Positions 1 to 13,310 are shown, numbered from the whole stretch's first letter. The stretch: DNA of 62,967 nucleotides, filler included, from Collodictyon triciliatum (GCA_043381765.1; 7 parts of 7 records of this genome joined end to end with filler, not necessarily neighbours in it), one strand, 5' to 3'. Notes: generated by a model from the sequence alone, not told the origin. Program-made: numbers and translations.

Positions 1-997
1 TTTTTTGTTTATTGTTTTTTGCCGTCACGCATTATATTCAAGAATTACCCTTTGCTTACGAATTACATCACTACCGACAGAGGGACTTCTATTCATCTAT
101 TTGCAGAAGGTAATTTTTCATATAAATGTTCATTACCTTTAGAGAAAATAAAATGAAAAGAGTTGGCCCAGAGCCAAACAACTATACACTTGCTGTAACT
201 ATGGAATTTTTTTATTCGACCTGGTGACCGATGCTATTTCGACGTGGAATGTCATGCAAGTCGTCTGTATCGCGGATTGGCTCATTTAAATCCTGAGGAA
301 ACCTTTCTTTTGAGGCGCGAATGCGTTCATCTTGTGTCACATCTGAAAAAAAAAAAAAAACAGTTTGTCATGTCAGAATTTATGCAATTATTTTGTTAGG
401 TTGCTGATACAAGCCCTTAATATTAGATGAGAAACTCCGTCATTTCATGAAATGTATAAAAATCTAAAAATAAATCAAAAAATATTTGTAATATCAGCAA
501 TGTGTAAGTTGAAAATATGGCACAAGAGTATGTCGATTCATCTGCAGTCGACTTTCAAAATTGACAAATTACCAGTATTGTCCAATTTCATAAGTTGAGG
601 GATATTTTGGATCACAAATAATCTGTAGTGAGGAGAATCCGCACAGGGATTTTCGCTTAGCCACAAAACTTTCAGGTTCTTACATCGGGTCAGATAGCGG
701 ACCTCTCTCAAGTCGCATATGTTATTTTTGCGCAAATAGAGCTCTGCAAGACCTCCACACGCCCCAAAGTGCTTCAGGGTTGATATGTTGTTGACACTTT
801 AAATTTATCGAGAGATATCAGAAGAGTAAAAAAAAAAATTTTTTTTTAATGAAAGGAGGCTTTGATTTTTCCATTAAAAATAAAGAAATCCTTGAAGATT
901 ATATATGAAAGTAAATATCAAAGTTTGAACATGTCTCTTCGAGTCGTATAAACGGTGAAAATAGAATCAAAAAAAAACATTCCGTAGCTTTTTTAAA

Positions 998-1049
<52 letters not shown>

Positions 1050-1059
1050 NNNNNNNNNN

Positions 1060-1109
<50 letters not shown>

Positions 1110-1539
1110 ACAAGATTGTGTTATGGTTTGGCAAATGTGTGGAGGTACCTTAGGCTAATGACCTCAACGCTAGGCATCTGAGAAAGAACTGAGACCTTCG
1201 AACAAAAATAAAATTAAAATCAATGAATAATTTACTGATTCTACAATAAACTAAAATTTTCAAAAGGAGAATAATATTGATTAACAGAGTCCAATATATC
1301 ATGGATATAAGAAACCAATACAAAAAGGTGGGATGTATCATGTAAGTATGTGATGGTGATATATTACAATTGACAAATGCAAGATAAATGCAGAAAAAAA
1401 GAGACTGCAATGCTGAAAGACATGAAAACACTTGGCTCACGTCATCTATATCATTCCCCCACATGTTCAGGTTTTTCAAGTAAGCGATATTATCCTGTCT
1501 TGACTTGGCGATGATCATCTGCTCTGTCAATTGCACCAT
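1..1539 (-). CDS. CFAP410: Cilia- and flagella-associated protein 410 (C21orf2-like LRR protein); 3' end runs off the window
   Basis: Spliced translation MVQLTEQMIIAKSRQDNIAYLKNLNMWGNDIDD|VSVLSQMPSVEVISLS|VNNISTLKHFGACGGLAELYLRKNNICDLREVRYLTRCKNLKVLWLSENPCADSPHYRLFVIQNIPQLMKLDNT|DVTQDER matches the CFAP410 N-terminal LRR and LRRcap pattern; GT-AG introns keep the frame. Confidence 0.9.
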
Positions 1540-1819
1540 CTGCTTTTTTGTCAGGCAATCTGATACTCGTCTGTCTTTACCGTTCTCCTGGAGTCGTGTA
1601 GCAGCCTACGCGTGCTAGTTGAAATCTTATGGATATTAGATGAAACTAGTTATGAAGCCCTAATTTGGCTGATTGTCTCTGCATCAGACAAATATTTGAT
1701 TCGTATAATTGTATTGCAGTTGTACACGCCGAAAGAGAGAAGTAAGATGGGTATGCCGTTCGGAAGGGTGAAAGGAGCGAAGAGAAAAAGGAAAGCAAGA
1801 TATGGGTGAAATGATAAAT

Positions 1820-1962
1820 GAATAAATATGTAAATAAATATGTAAATAAATATGTAAATAAATATGTAAATAAACATGTAAATAAATATGTAAATAAATA
1901 TGTAAATAAACATGTAAATAAACATGTAAATAAATATGTAAATAAATATGTAAATAAATAAA
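1820..1962. repeat. 12-bp tandem repeat (ATAAATATGTAA)n with variants
   Basis: Directly visible tandem array. Confidence 0.9.
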
Positions 1963-2519
1963 TTAACAAATTGGAAAAGGAAAAATAAAAGAAGAGATAA
2001 AAAAAAACGTAATGGGATAGAAAGCCTCGACTGTTCAATTATAACCCAAGGACAAAAATAAAACCAAAGAAATGAAAGGACTTAAAAGAAGACGAAAAAG
2101 AAACGAAACGACAAGGAGGAAATAAAGTAAAAGAAACTGTCGATAGTGGTAGAGACATCGCAAACTAGTTCCTCAGAAGCAAAGGGCTTCATAACAACTT
2201 TGAAGGCTGCACCAAGAGTATACTGGAGAAGATGAAAAGAGGCTGGAGGCAAATATGGACTCTGAGCAAGGCACGCCTAATGTTTTATGTTCGCAAAGAG
2301 TGGCAATAATAGAGTATTTTAAAGCAGCAGTGAAAAGCGTTGCCCCCAGCGACCAACATTATATCGGATATGATCGGATAGCACTGTATCGAACAGTTAT
2401 TAGTCGCTTGCTTCTTTCTATTTTTATATTTATTTTATTTTATTTTATTTTTATTTGTAGTTTGCCTATGGTGAGGTTGTCCTTGAGAGAGATCATAAAA
2501 GACTCATCAGAAGTATTTC

Positions 2520-2915
2520 TTAAAGGAGTTGATTTAGACTCGAGTCCATAATTTTCTCGACAAACTCAGAAGCCTTGTTCTTCAGTCCAGTGATTTTGGG
2601 TTGGTTGGAGGTGAGCCTCGCTGCAACGGCAAAAAGGCGGGCAAGCGTAGAACTGAAGGCTTCCAAAGCATAAGGGATGATAAAGTCCACGATAAACACC
2701 GCATTCAGCCCGATGATAGCAAAAACAATCCAGTCATTACCGGGCACCAGTTGCTGGACAAGTGCACCAAAAAAGGAAAGATAGAGCAACAACCAGCAGT
2801 TAATCGAAAGGCTATCATCAGAGTCCAAAAGGTACGGCTCAAATCGATTTTGGAGTGTAATTGATATCTTTTATTGAAAAAATACCAATTAGTAATTAAA
2901 CTACACACGCTTTCC

Positions 2916-2991
<76 letters not shown>

Positions 2992-5900
2992 TGCAATATA
3001 AACCTGAATCAGGATGAAGAAAACAAAATAGAGAATCGCTGGTGATGTGTAAGGAACAGCAAATGCAGTAAATCCAAACAAAATTGATTGAATTACCCGA
3101 ATGATCACCCACCAGTCATATTTCTGGGCATTTATTTGTGTTAGTATTTAAAATTAATTGAATAAAATCGGCGTGGCTTCTTGTATCTGGCTTACCTCTT
3201 CGTAGATAGCTGAGATTCGATCCACTTGAACGCGACAAATGATTTCAAAAGTTGATTGAGTAATATCGAAAGGCTCAGTTTCTTCTGTTCGTTCATGTTC
3301 ATTCTTTTCATGCATACCGCCATTAACGCCCAAGATAAAGTTGCTGTCATCTTCAAATTTATTCATCTCTACGTCTTCCATTTTTGCCTCGTGGGTGCGA
3401 TTGTAAACCCCAGCACTCTTGGTTTCTATAGCTATGGTGCTTTCGTGCTCATCTTCACTTTTTTCCTGCGAAATAAAATAATTAGATTTTTCTCACATGA
3501 TGGATCGTTATACGTAAATCAAACCGAATCAGGTCGCTGGATGTCTCTTAGTTGCTCTTTGGATTGTATGCTTCTTAGCCTTCTTGCTCTTTTTACTATA
3601 GACCACAAGAGACTAGGATACAAAAACATATACAACAAGCCTGGTATTGCGGCAGCTATCATTTTTGCATATTCATCGGTTATGGGATTGCATTGTATCC
3701 AGGGATAAGTGTTTACAAACCATAAGTCGAATCCTTTATCATGTAAAGTGCATCCAAAAGTGCTGATTACATCTTGCACCACCGAAAAATATGTACCTTC
3801 CAGGAAAATAAACATGATTACCACAACCTATGAATTACAATAGTCAGCATTTGTTTCATTATTAAAATTAAAATCGAAACTGCAAACCTTCTCGATGTTT
3901 TTCCGGTCTCTTTTTGCGATAAATTTTTTTAATGCAAGTAGAGCCATGAACCATATGGCGGGAATTCGAGCCAAATTCAATAGCGATATGATGTGGGGGT
4001 GGTTTCCAACGATGCACTCTAAAGTCGGCAACTTTAATGAAAACAAATTTCCGACGAATTTTCCAGTTAGGTTTATCTCTGGCAAAGTTACAATATTGCC
4101 AAGTACTTGAAGAATTTGAGTGTAAAACAGGAAAATATCCAAAGATCCTGTGAAAAAAATTTTTATTAGATACTAAATAAGTTGATAATCATAATCATAA
4201 TGATTAATCATAAGGTATGTAATTTACCGACCTGATTCGGTTTGGTCCTTGGGATCACTTTTGATGGTGTAATTCTCCTCGATCTCATCAATACTCTCCT
4301 CTACCCAAGCTGAGCCAACCTGATAAACAACTCCGAAAAAAAGAAGAAGAAGAAACGCAATAATCTTGAGCGCAGAGTAATCTGATGCACATTCTTTGCA
4401 TTCTCCACTGTCAAATAAGTATCCATCCTCGCATGAAGAACAACTTCTCCCCGCATATCCTTTTTCACAAGGAAAATCATATGCATCATTGCTAATGAGC
4501 ATTCTGCTAAACATAGAATCTGGAACATAAAATTTGCACACGCCTGGATTCAAACAAGGAACTATTTGGACTATTCTGAGGATATCTGGTGTAAAATAGC
4601 ACTTTTCCAAGGAAATACCGTCATTGCAATCGCATTCCTTTGGACACTTAAAGCAGCGGTTTGCGAATCCAAAGTATCCAGGCAAGCATTTACACATTCC
4701 GAAGTCATGATAACTTGGGTCGATATCCACATTCATCTCGATCAACCCTCGACGCGAAATAATTAGGGGACACAAATACTTATCTGTCGTCCTTTGTAAA
4801 GTGTAGGACTCGGTAGCATTCATAAATGAAGGAATAAAATCTGATGAATTATGATTCATACTCGTATTTTTCAACCCTAGATATTCGAGTTTAGTGAATA
4901 AACCATAAGATTCAGATATGCTTCCAACAATTGGATTGCCAGTCAAATCAAGAGAAATCCATCTTGACAATATTCCCAAATCAGCAAGTTTTGATATCAT
5001 ATTGTTCCTTATACTTACTCTCCTTACGTTTTTTACATAATCAAGAACCTTATAACTAAGTTCACCGTAGAGCTGATTGTCGTCTAGAACTAGTGTTTCG
5101 TAATTGTACAAGAAATCATCAAATTCGTTCCAAGGAGATATGAATAAATTAACATCCCCTGAAAAAGAGTTGTTTCTTAAGTCTATGGATATGAGGTTAG
5201 GAAGATTCCAAAACATCGTTGGCATAGTTCCATGAAATCTGTTGTTCGAGAGAGTCAACGATTTTAAATTTTCAAAGTTTTCAAATATGTATGGTATAGT
5301 CCCATTCATCTCATTATTCGAAAAGTCTAATTTTTCTATTAATGGAGAAGACCAGTCTTTTGATATAGTGCCTGTAATATGATTTTCGCTAATATCAAGT
5401 ATCCTCAAATACGGTAAATTGAAGGAAGGAAGAGAATCATTGAAATTGTTTCTGAATAACCATATTTCGTTTAAATTCATGCAATAACTAAAAGCAGGAA
5501 CTGGACCTAATAATCAAAAAGAATTTTAAGAAAATGCAACTTCCATCCTACAGTTTTTTTTTTCTCACCACTCAGATTATTATTAACAATTTCTAAAATC
5601 TTGATATTATGAAGGTCGCTGAAATCCGGTAGTGTTCCTGAAAGTGACTCATTTTAGCATGTATTTTCTCGATGATGTCAGAAGGAAAAACAAACCACTC
5701 AATTCGTTGGACGAAAGCATAAGTTTTAAGATATTTTGTATCCCACTAAAGTTAGGGACCGTTCCTGTATTATCAAATTAGTCGTTGGTCCAGTAATGAA
5801 ATGAACAACTTAAAAACTACCACTCAGCCGATTGTTTGATAGGTCAATGGTCTCAACACTCTGAATACTCTCGAAATTCGGTATTGTTCCTGTTTAAATG

Positions 5901-6462
5901 TTAGTTTCTATCTCTATTTTTTCGATCAATTTTTAACAAACCGTAAAGTTCATTGCTTGATAAGTCAATTTCTACGACATAAGGAATTCTAGTGAAGCTC
6001 GGAACAGTTCCTTGTTAGAAAAAAAATTAGCATTTAAGAAGAAAAATAATAATTGCTAGTTACTAATTACCTGTTAGATGATTTACTCCCAATGACAAAA
6101 TGGCGATGTTTGGAATATATTGAGATTCTGGGACAGTTCCTGAAATATGATTCAGAGGATAAAACACAAGTGCCTTGAATAATTCAAATTGAAAGTTTAT
6201 AAAAAAAAAAAAAAAATTACCGGTAAGATGATTGACCGAGAGATATAAGATCAAAAGCGATTCCGTAAACCGAAATTCTGGAACAGTACCTATAAAAGTT
6301 TTTACATTTCTGATACCGAGTAGCTTATATATGAATAAAGCATTAAATATAAATAGAAGACATTACCGCTGAGATAATTGACTGACAAATCCAAGACTTC
6401 CATAAGCGGAGTGTGTTGTAATTCAGGAACGGTGCCTGCGATAAGATTCATAATTTGATACC

Positions 6463-6529
<67 letters not shown>

Positions 6530-9400
6530 GTTGATAAGTTTTAACAAGAAAAAAAACTAATTGCCTTTCAGATGGTTACTTCCTAAATACAAAGACATAA
6601 GCATTGGAGTGTGTTGAAATTCTGGAATGTTTCCTGTAATAGTATTTAAGTTTCAATTATAAGATCAAGTTTTTTCTGCTAAACATAGTAATATACAAAC
6701 AAAAAAATTAATTAGATACCGCTCAGTTGGTTGAACGGCGCGTAAAATATTCGAAGAATTGGAGCGTATTGGAATTCTGGAATGGTCCCTGTCAGATTTT
6801 TTGAAAGTCTTTAACAAGTAATTTTTATAAAATAATATAATAGAGCGAAAGAATATGAATTACCAGTAAGCCAACATCTTCACCATCCTGCACAAAATTG
6901 AAAGGAAGAATAAAAAAAAAAAAAAATGAATTACCAGTAAGCTGGTTGACTGACAAGTAAAGATATTTAAGCTTTGGTGTGTACCGTACTTCTGGAATAG
7001 TTCCTATTATAATATTCAAAGTTTGATACTCAACTAATCAAATTTACAATTCAACATATCAGACCAAAAAATAATAATAATAATAATAGACCGCTCAGCT
7101 GGTTGAATCCCAAATCCAAATAATGGAGAGTTGGAATATATTGAAAGTCTGGAATGGTGCCTGTTGCGTTACTTTATGTTAGAATCACATCGATAAGATC
7201 AAAAAAGGAAGCTATTTCAAGGGGTAAATATTACCGCTGAGAAGGTTAACTGCCAAGTCCAAACTTCGGAGAATTGGATTAAATTGAAAATCTGGTAGGA
7301 TTCCTGTGACATTTTCAATTTGATATTTGTTAAAACCTCTATCATCTCGCACAAATTGAAATGAATAATAGATAAATAAAAAAAAAATCGGCTTCAACTG
7401 GGAGTCCTTGAATCATTTTTTCAACACAAAATAAGATATATATTACCACGTAGAATATTATTTTTCAAAATCAGATGTTGGAGTATTTGGTTGTGTTGAA
7501 AATCTGGAACGGTTCCTGTTAAATTATTTTTAAAATCCATTTTTCTAAAATTTTGATATTAAGCTGGCTTCATAGTTTGATATATCTATTCAAGAAAATA
7601 CTAAAGCTGACCGATCAATTGGTTATTTTGCATATCCAGATAATTAAGCATTAAACAGAATTCAAACTCTGGAACTGTTCCTGTGAGTCATTAAAAGTTT
7701 GAGAAGATATATAATTTTTAAAATTAATAAATTCAACGCAAGGGAGGGAAAAAAATACCGCTTAGTCGATTTACTCCCAGATCCAAAATTTCAAGCATTT
7801 GACTGTATCGAAATTCTGGAACGGTTCCTGTAATAATATCCGGATGTTAGTCAAGTAAGCTTCGTAAATTAATCTAATATACAAAGATATATAAGAAATT
7901 ACCACTGAGGTGGTTTACTGTCAAAGATAATGTTTTGAGTATTGGAACGAATTGATATTCTGGGATGATTCCTATACAATCATTCAAAATTTGATGACAA
8001 GTAAATTTCTAACATTAACATAAGAATTATAAGTAATGAAATAACCGATAAGATGGTTGAATCCCAAGGACAAATATTCGAGCATAGGCGTGTACTGAAA
8101 TTCTGGAACAATTCCTGTAATGTGGTTCATATTGTGGCTTCAAATTAGGTTGATTAATTAATATAAAATACAAGGGAGGAATTAGACCAGCTATTCAAGT
8201 TTGAATGGAATAAAGATGGCAAAAGAAATTACCAGTCAAATGATTGAATGCCAAATTCAAATTTTGAAGCATGGGAATATATCGAAATCCTAGAACGGTT
8301 CCTAATATTTTATTCAAATATTAAGCCAAAATCAGCTTCATAAAATATGTTAAAATAAAACAGATAAACAACCGCTTAGCTGGTTGGATGTTAAATCCAA
8401 GGTTTCGAGCATTGGAGCAAAAAGAGTTTCTGGAACCGTTCCTGTAGTAACAATCAAATTTTGTTAACATATTCATCGTAGACAGTCATTTATTGATGAT
8501 TAGGATAATATTAATAATAGATAGATAACAACAGCAACAAAAAAAAAAAAAAACTTTGCAATTACCATTCAGTTGGTTGGATGAAAAATCCAGACTTTGA
8601 AGAGTTGGAAGATTTTCAACAACTGAGAAAGCCCCCTCAATGTCCCCTTTTAGGTTATTACTCGACATCCACATTCCAATAATAGGACATGTTCCTCGCT
8701 GTTCAATAAATATTGGGATTTAAAAATCATGTAATTTTATGCTGTATTCAATCGAGTAATGGTGTAGCATATGGTACAAAAGATATTAATTAACAAAAAA
8801 AAAAAAAATACCGAGGTTTCTTCCTCTGTACAATCCCAATAACATTCGAGTCCAAACCATTGACAAATCGGAATATCCTTTTCTTTCCATCCAAAATTGA
8901 AAGTCCAATTGCTGCCTCCAAATTTCTCATAAAAAAGCACTAGAGTTTCAAACTGACTCAAAGAATCTTCTTTTTTAAAATATATAACTTCGTCCATTTG
9001 TTTGATTGGTAGATTATCGTAGGAAGAAACATCGTGCGAAGAAATATCATGCAAAAAAAATTGATCAGAAGAATCATCCTTCTCTTCTATTGAATTCGTT
9101 AAATTAAAACTCTTCATTATGGGCGAATGATCAGATTCAACCACATAATCTGGATGAGAATGACAAGATTCTTCATAAAACTTTAGCATTATTTGGAATG
9201 CATGTTCGACATTCATTGAAAGTAATTCCTCTTTTGTGTGGTTGCATTCGGTTCTTAACATAAAAAAATTATTAGTTATAGCAAAAAATAATCATGAATT
9301 TGACATCAAAAATGATTACCTAGCTACGGACAGGGTGGTGTCGATCAATACTAAGATGATGACCCCGAAAAATATCGCTTCCAGCTTACCACTTTCAATT
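2520..9400 (-). CDS. LRR / Cys-rich / multi-pass (about 7 TM) receptor-like protein; start codon not resolved
   Basis: LRR N-cap (TLVLFYEKFGGSNW..GW....ICQWFGLEC); 19 single-repeat 69-nt exons at 5569-8441; large exon 4232-5506 with more LRRs and a Cys-rich region (CKCLPGY..., CEKGYAGRSCSSCEDGY..GECKEC); then hydrophobic exons (IFLFYTQILQ, STFGC..YPWIQC, YEEKYDWWVIIR, RFEPY) that join in frame. Confidence 0.85.
2916..2988. repeat. (AAT)n microsatellite in an intron
   Basis: Directly visible; similar arrays at about 1002-1107, 13212-13310, 33997-34108, 35198-35296 and 36936-37172. Confidence 0.95.
5569..8441 (-). repeat. Tandem array of 19 exon-plus-intron units, each exon 69 nt = one 23-aa LRR
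   Basis: Exons: 8373-8441, 8233-8301, 8046-8114, 7903-7971, 7759-7827, 7612-7680, 7447-7515, 7235-7303, 7092-7160, 6935-7003, 6720-6788, 6565-6633, 6367-6435, 6221-6289, 6071-6139, 5942-6010, 5821-5889, 5696-5764, 5569-5637. Every junction splits a Gly codon in phase 1. Confidence 0.95.
6855..6942 (+). mobile_element. 54-nt poly(A)-ended insertion with perfect 17-bp direct repeat (different internal sequence)
   Basis: ATGAATTACCAGTAAGC at 6855-6871 and 6926-6942, flanking caacatc...aaaggaagaat followed by an A run. Confidence 0.6.
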
Positions 9401-9947
9401 GACCAAAGTTTATTTCTTTTGTTCGATAATTTTATATTCGGTGATGTATATGTGCCAAATATCAATAAAAAAAAATGTCACAGCTTACCGTCCGAAAGTA
9501 TGTTCTCGTGATGAAGAGTGGGTTTTCCAAGCGATTTTCTTTTTTAAATCAGTAATGTTGCTTCCATATTTCCTCCTTTTAACATTAAAGATTATATGTT
9601 AAATCATATTAAATAATTCTGATCTACCAAAATAAAACTATAAGCATAATATGTTCTGATAGAACAATTAGGGCCCACAAGTATGGTAAGTATCAAGAAT
9701 CTTCATATTCTCTTGGGGAAAGAAAGAGTAGGTGGGGGACCTGGTCTCCATTTCCACAAGAGACCACAGAGATCTTAAAGGTGTCCACATGGCTGCCTAT
9801 TTTTTCTTGATTACAGATTTTTACCCACTGTTAAATTATGTTTGAAAGTATGCCTATTTGTTGGCCCTTGACCTTTGGTTTCGTATCGTTGCTAATTTCT
9901 CCTCTCGCTTGAATCAAAAGACTAGAACAAAATTAATGTTTATGATG

Positions 9948-9985
<38 letters not shown>

Positions 9986-10005
9986 TTCATAAAAATAATT
10001 CAAAA

Positions 10006-10105
10006 NNNNNNNNNNNNNNNNNNNNNNNNNNNNNNNNNNNNNNNNNNNNTTAATTAATTAANNNNNNNNNNNNNNNNNNNNNNNNNNNNNNNNNNNNNNN
10101 NNNNN
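10006..10105. other. Artificial contig linker
   Basis: N44-TTAATTAATTAA-N44 with stops in all six frames; identical at six places in the window. Confidence 0.97.
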
Positions 10106-10340
10106 TATTATATTATATTATATTATATTATATTATATTATATTATATTATATTATATTATATTATATTATATTATATTATATTATATTATATTATATTA
10201 TATTATATTATATTATATTATATTCGCTTTCTTTTTCAGTTTTCTGTTCTCTTTTTCTTTTCTTTTGTCTTTTGTCTTTTGTCTTTTGTCTTTTGTCTTT
10301 TGTCTTTTGTCTTTTGTCTTTTGTCTTTTGTCTTTTGTCT
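10106..10340. repeat. (TATTA)n and (TTTGTCT)n simple repeats at contig start
   Basis: Directly visible. Confidence 0.9.
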
Positions 10341-10617
10341 TTTTTTTATGTGTATGTATTTAATTTTTTTCCTTATAGTTCAGGTATTTTATTATTCATT
10401 ATATCTGTTCTCTGATTTATCCCTTTGTTAATATTTAATTATCTAATGGATAATCGTAAAAACTAATTAACCATTAGATTTTGATTCGTATTGAAGAGCT
10501 ACCCCCTATTTATCGGGTTTATTATTCTAGATGACATATTTTTATTTTTTTTTAAAATGTACGCTAGATATTTAAATGGAGAAGCTAAATTAATCTAAAT
10601 TCATGATTTTCTTTTAG

Positions 10618-12332
10618 GATGCATTTTCCTTTTTTGCCCGATTGAATATCATGTACCTCACGAGCAGAGCAAGGCTATTAGCATTCATTGGAAAGTTCCA
10701 GAGAAGAGAGCTCCACATATTCAACATGTATATCTTACCAGACTCTTTGATAAAGAAGGTCATCAATATCTCGTTGGGTCTTGCTATTATTTTGCAGGTA
10801 TTTAATTTCATCTACGATCCTTTAAATTCGTAATGAAATGTGTATTGCTCATTCCATCAAAGATCGTCTCAACCCTAGCCCTTCTGTTCTTTTCTTTAAG
10901 AAAGTATTCAATTTATACACCAAAATACACCACTCGCGTACATTCTCTTCTGTATGAAATATCTGGCTTTTTATTTACAAAAATACAGCTTTTTTTAATT
11001 CCACTTCAGCTATCATGGGATTTCAGTTTATGGGAACATAAGGCACTTTGGTTCATAATCCACTCTATAATTGATTGCATCTACGTAAGCGATATTTTGG
11101 CCAATTTCATGACTGCTTACTACTCAGGATCATCAAGCAAAATAGTCACATGCCGCGACCATATTGCAAAGTACTCCCCTTTTCTTCATCCGATTCATAT
11201 ACATCGAAAAGTACTATATCTTTCTAGCGTATTGTTCATTTATTTGGATCCACACAACACATTTTAATTTTTATATTTTTGATTTTTGTTGACTACTTAA
11301 ATGATATTACTATTTGATAACTAGAGAATATTCTAAAAATTGTTACATAAATAGAAAGTATATATGGGACAATCTTTTCATTCATATTTTAGCATCTCTG
11401 CCTACAGACCCTATTGTTGTGGTTTGTTAAAATACTAAAAAATTCTTAACGATTTGTAATTATTTTCATTTGTTGTCATTTTATTATCATGTAAAATTTT
11501 GGACATCTTCTGCCAAGATAAGTCCATTTTAAATTTAAGAACATCTTATAAAAACGAAAACGATTTATTTTTAGGTTATTGGGGTCGATTATATTCCTTT
11601 CTGTAGAATGAACCGTCTCATCAGATTGATCGAAATTATGAAGATAGAGCACCAATTGGAGAAAAATTTTGGATCCAACCGAGTTCGCTTAGTTTCTCTG
11701 TGGATATTTTTCATGAGTTTTGCTCACTGGTCTGGGTGTATGTGGTTTTACACATCAAAAGTACGTTTGAGTTAATCCGTATTAGTACAAAGAACTCGTT
11801 TTTATCTTGCGTTAATTTTATATGAATCATAGTTCTATTTCAATTATCTTAAAATCTAGAAACCATACATATCTGTCATTTTACGATTCACATATAAATA
11901 AAAATGAATTTCTGAATATTGATATTTTTTAATTTAGATGCATGGATTCTCATCTGAGACATGGGCGTATCGATTGAATATTGTGAGCCAATCGCTTACA
12001 ACACAATATCTATACTCTGTTTACTGGGCTTTGATTGTCATGGCCACGGTCTGTCTGAAAGAGCTGAATCCTTAAAATAGAAATAATCTATTAACATTTT
12101 TTTTCATTTAATTCTAAATCATAGTCTCTTGATTAGATCGGGTTTGGGGATATTGTAGCAATTACAAACTCTGAGAAGATATATTGCATGTTCGCCATGA
12201 TGTTTGGCTCCACAGTTCATTCTGTGGTGCTAAGTAATATATGTATGCACAGGAATCATGAAATCGATATTTGAAGTAATCTGTGGGATATTGTACCAAT
12301 AATAGACGGGGGTCTTATTATGAATTACAACC

Positions 12333-12376
<44 letters not shown>

Positions 12377-13210
12377 TAGCTGTCATTATATCTCGCCTGG
12401 ATGCTCCATTTGTGAGATATTGGAAAAAATTTCATCTTCTAAATGAGTATATGAGCTACAGGTCATTACCTCAACATTTTAGGCACCAAGTGATTACTTT
12501 TCATGATGTTAGTTGGTCGAGACACAAAGGTGCCATTTCACTGTTGTAAACCGTTTATTTACTATTCTATTATGAAATAATTAATTTATTATACTACTTT
12601 GATCCTTGAAAGGATTACGCAAGGGTTATTGTTGACAAACTAGAATATTATTATTAATCTTTAACTTCATTTTGAAATAAGGTATTAATGAAACTAGCTT
12701 GGTTTCTGAGCTACCTAAACAACTCCGGTCCGATATTGCAAATTTTCTGTACTTGGAGGTAGCCTGATCGATTCCTTATTTCCTTCACTTTGGCAAGTAT
12801 AAAATTCGATGTGAAAAAAGAAAGTAAACCCTTCAATTTTATATCTCTTTCTTCTCCTTTCAGCTCATCAATAAGGTCCCAGTATTCAACCAGGTGAACG
12901 AGCCTGGGCTACATGATGCGATAGTTATGAATCTTAAACCCCAGGTTTTTTTCGGATGTAGATATGGACGTCATTCTAAGAATGTATCGTTATTTGTCGA
13001 TATAATTTAATATCATTTGATGCGTTCTTTGAATTTCACTTTCTGTATATCGAAGATTGTTCTTCCTGGTGATTACATCATTCACGAAGGAGAAATTGGA
13101 AGAGAAATGTATTTTATTGTAAAGGGAGACGTGGAAATTTTTTCAGGTTTGCCAATAGGGTGATTGGTTTAGTGATTAATTGATTAAATTATATTCACTT
13201 ATCTTCCCAA

Positions 13211-13260
<50 letters not shown>

Positions 13261-13278
13261 NNNNNNNNNNNNNNNNNN

Positions 13279-13310
<32 letters not shown>

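Noticed and set aside
5569-8441. CRISPR-like periodicity of the TCTGGAAC..TTCCTG motif
   Set aside because: The repeats are the 5' ends of LRR coding exons in a eukaryotic gene.
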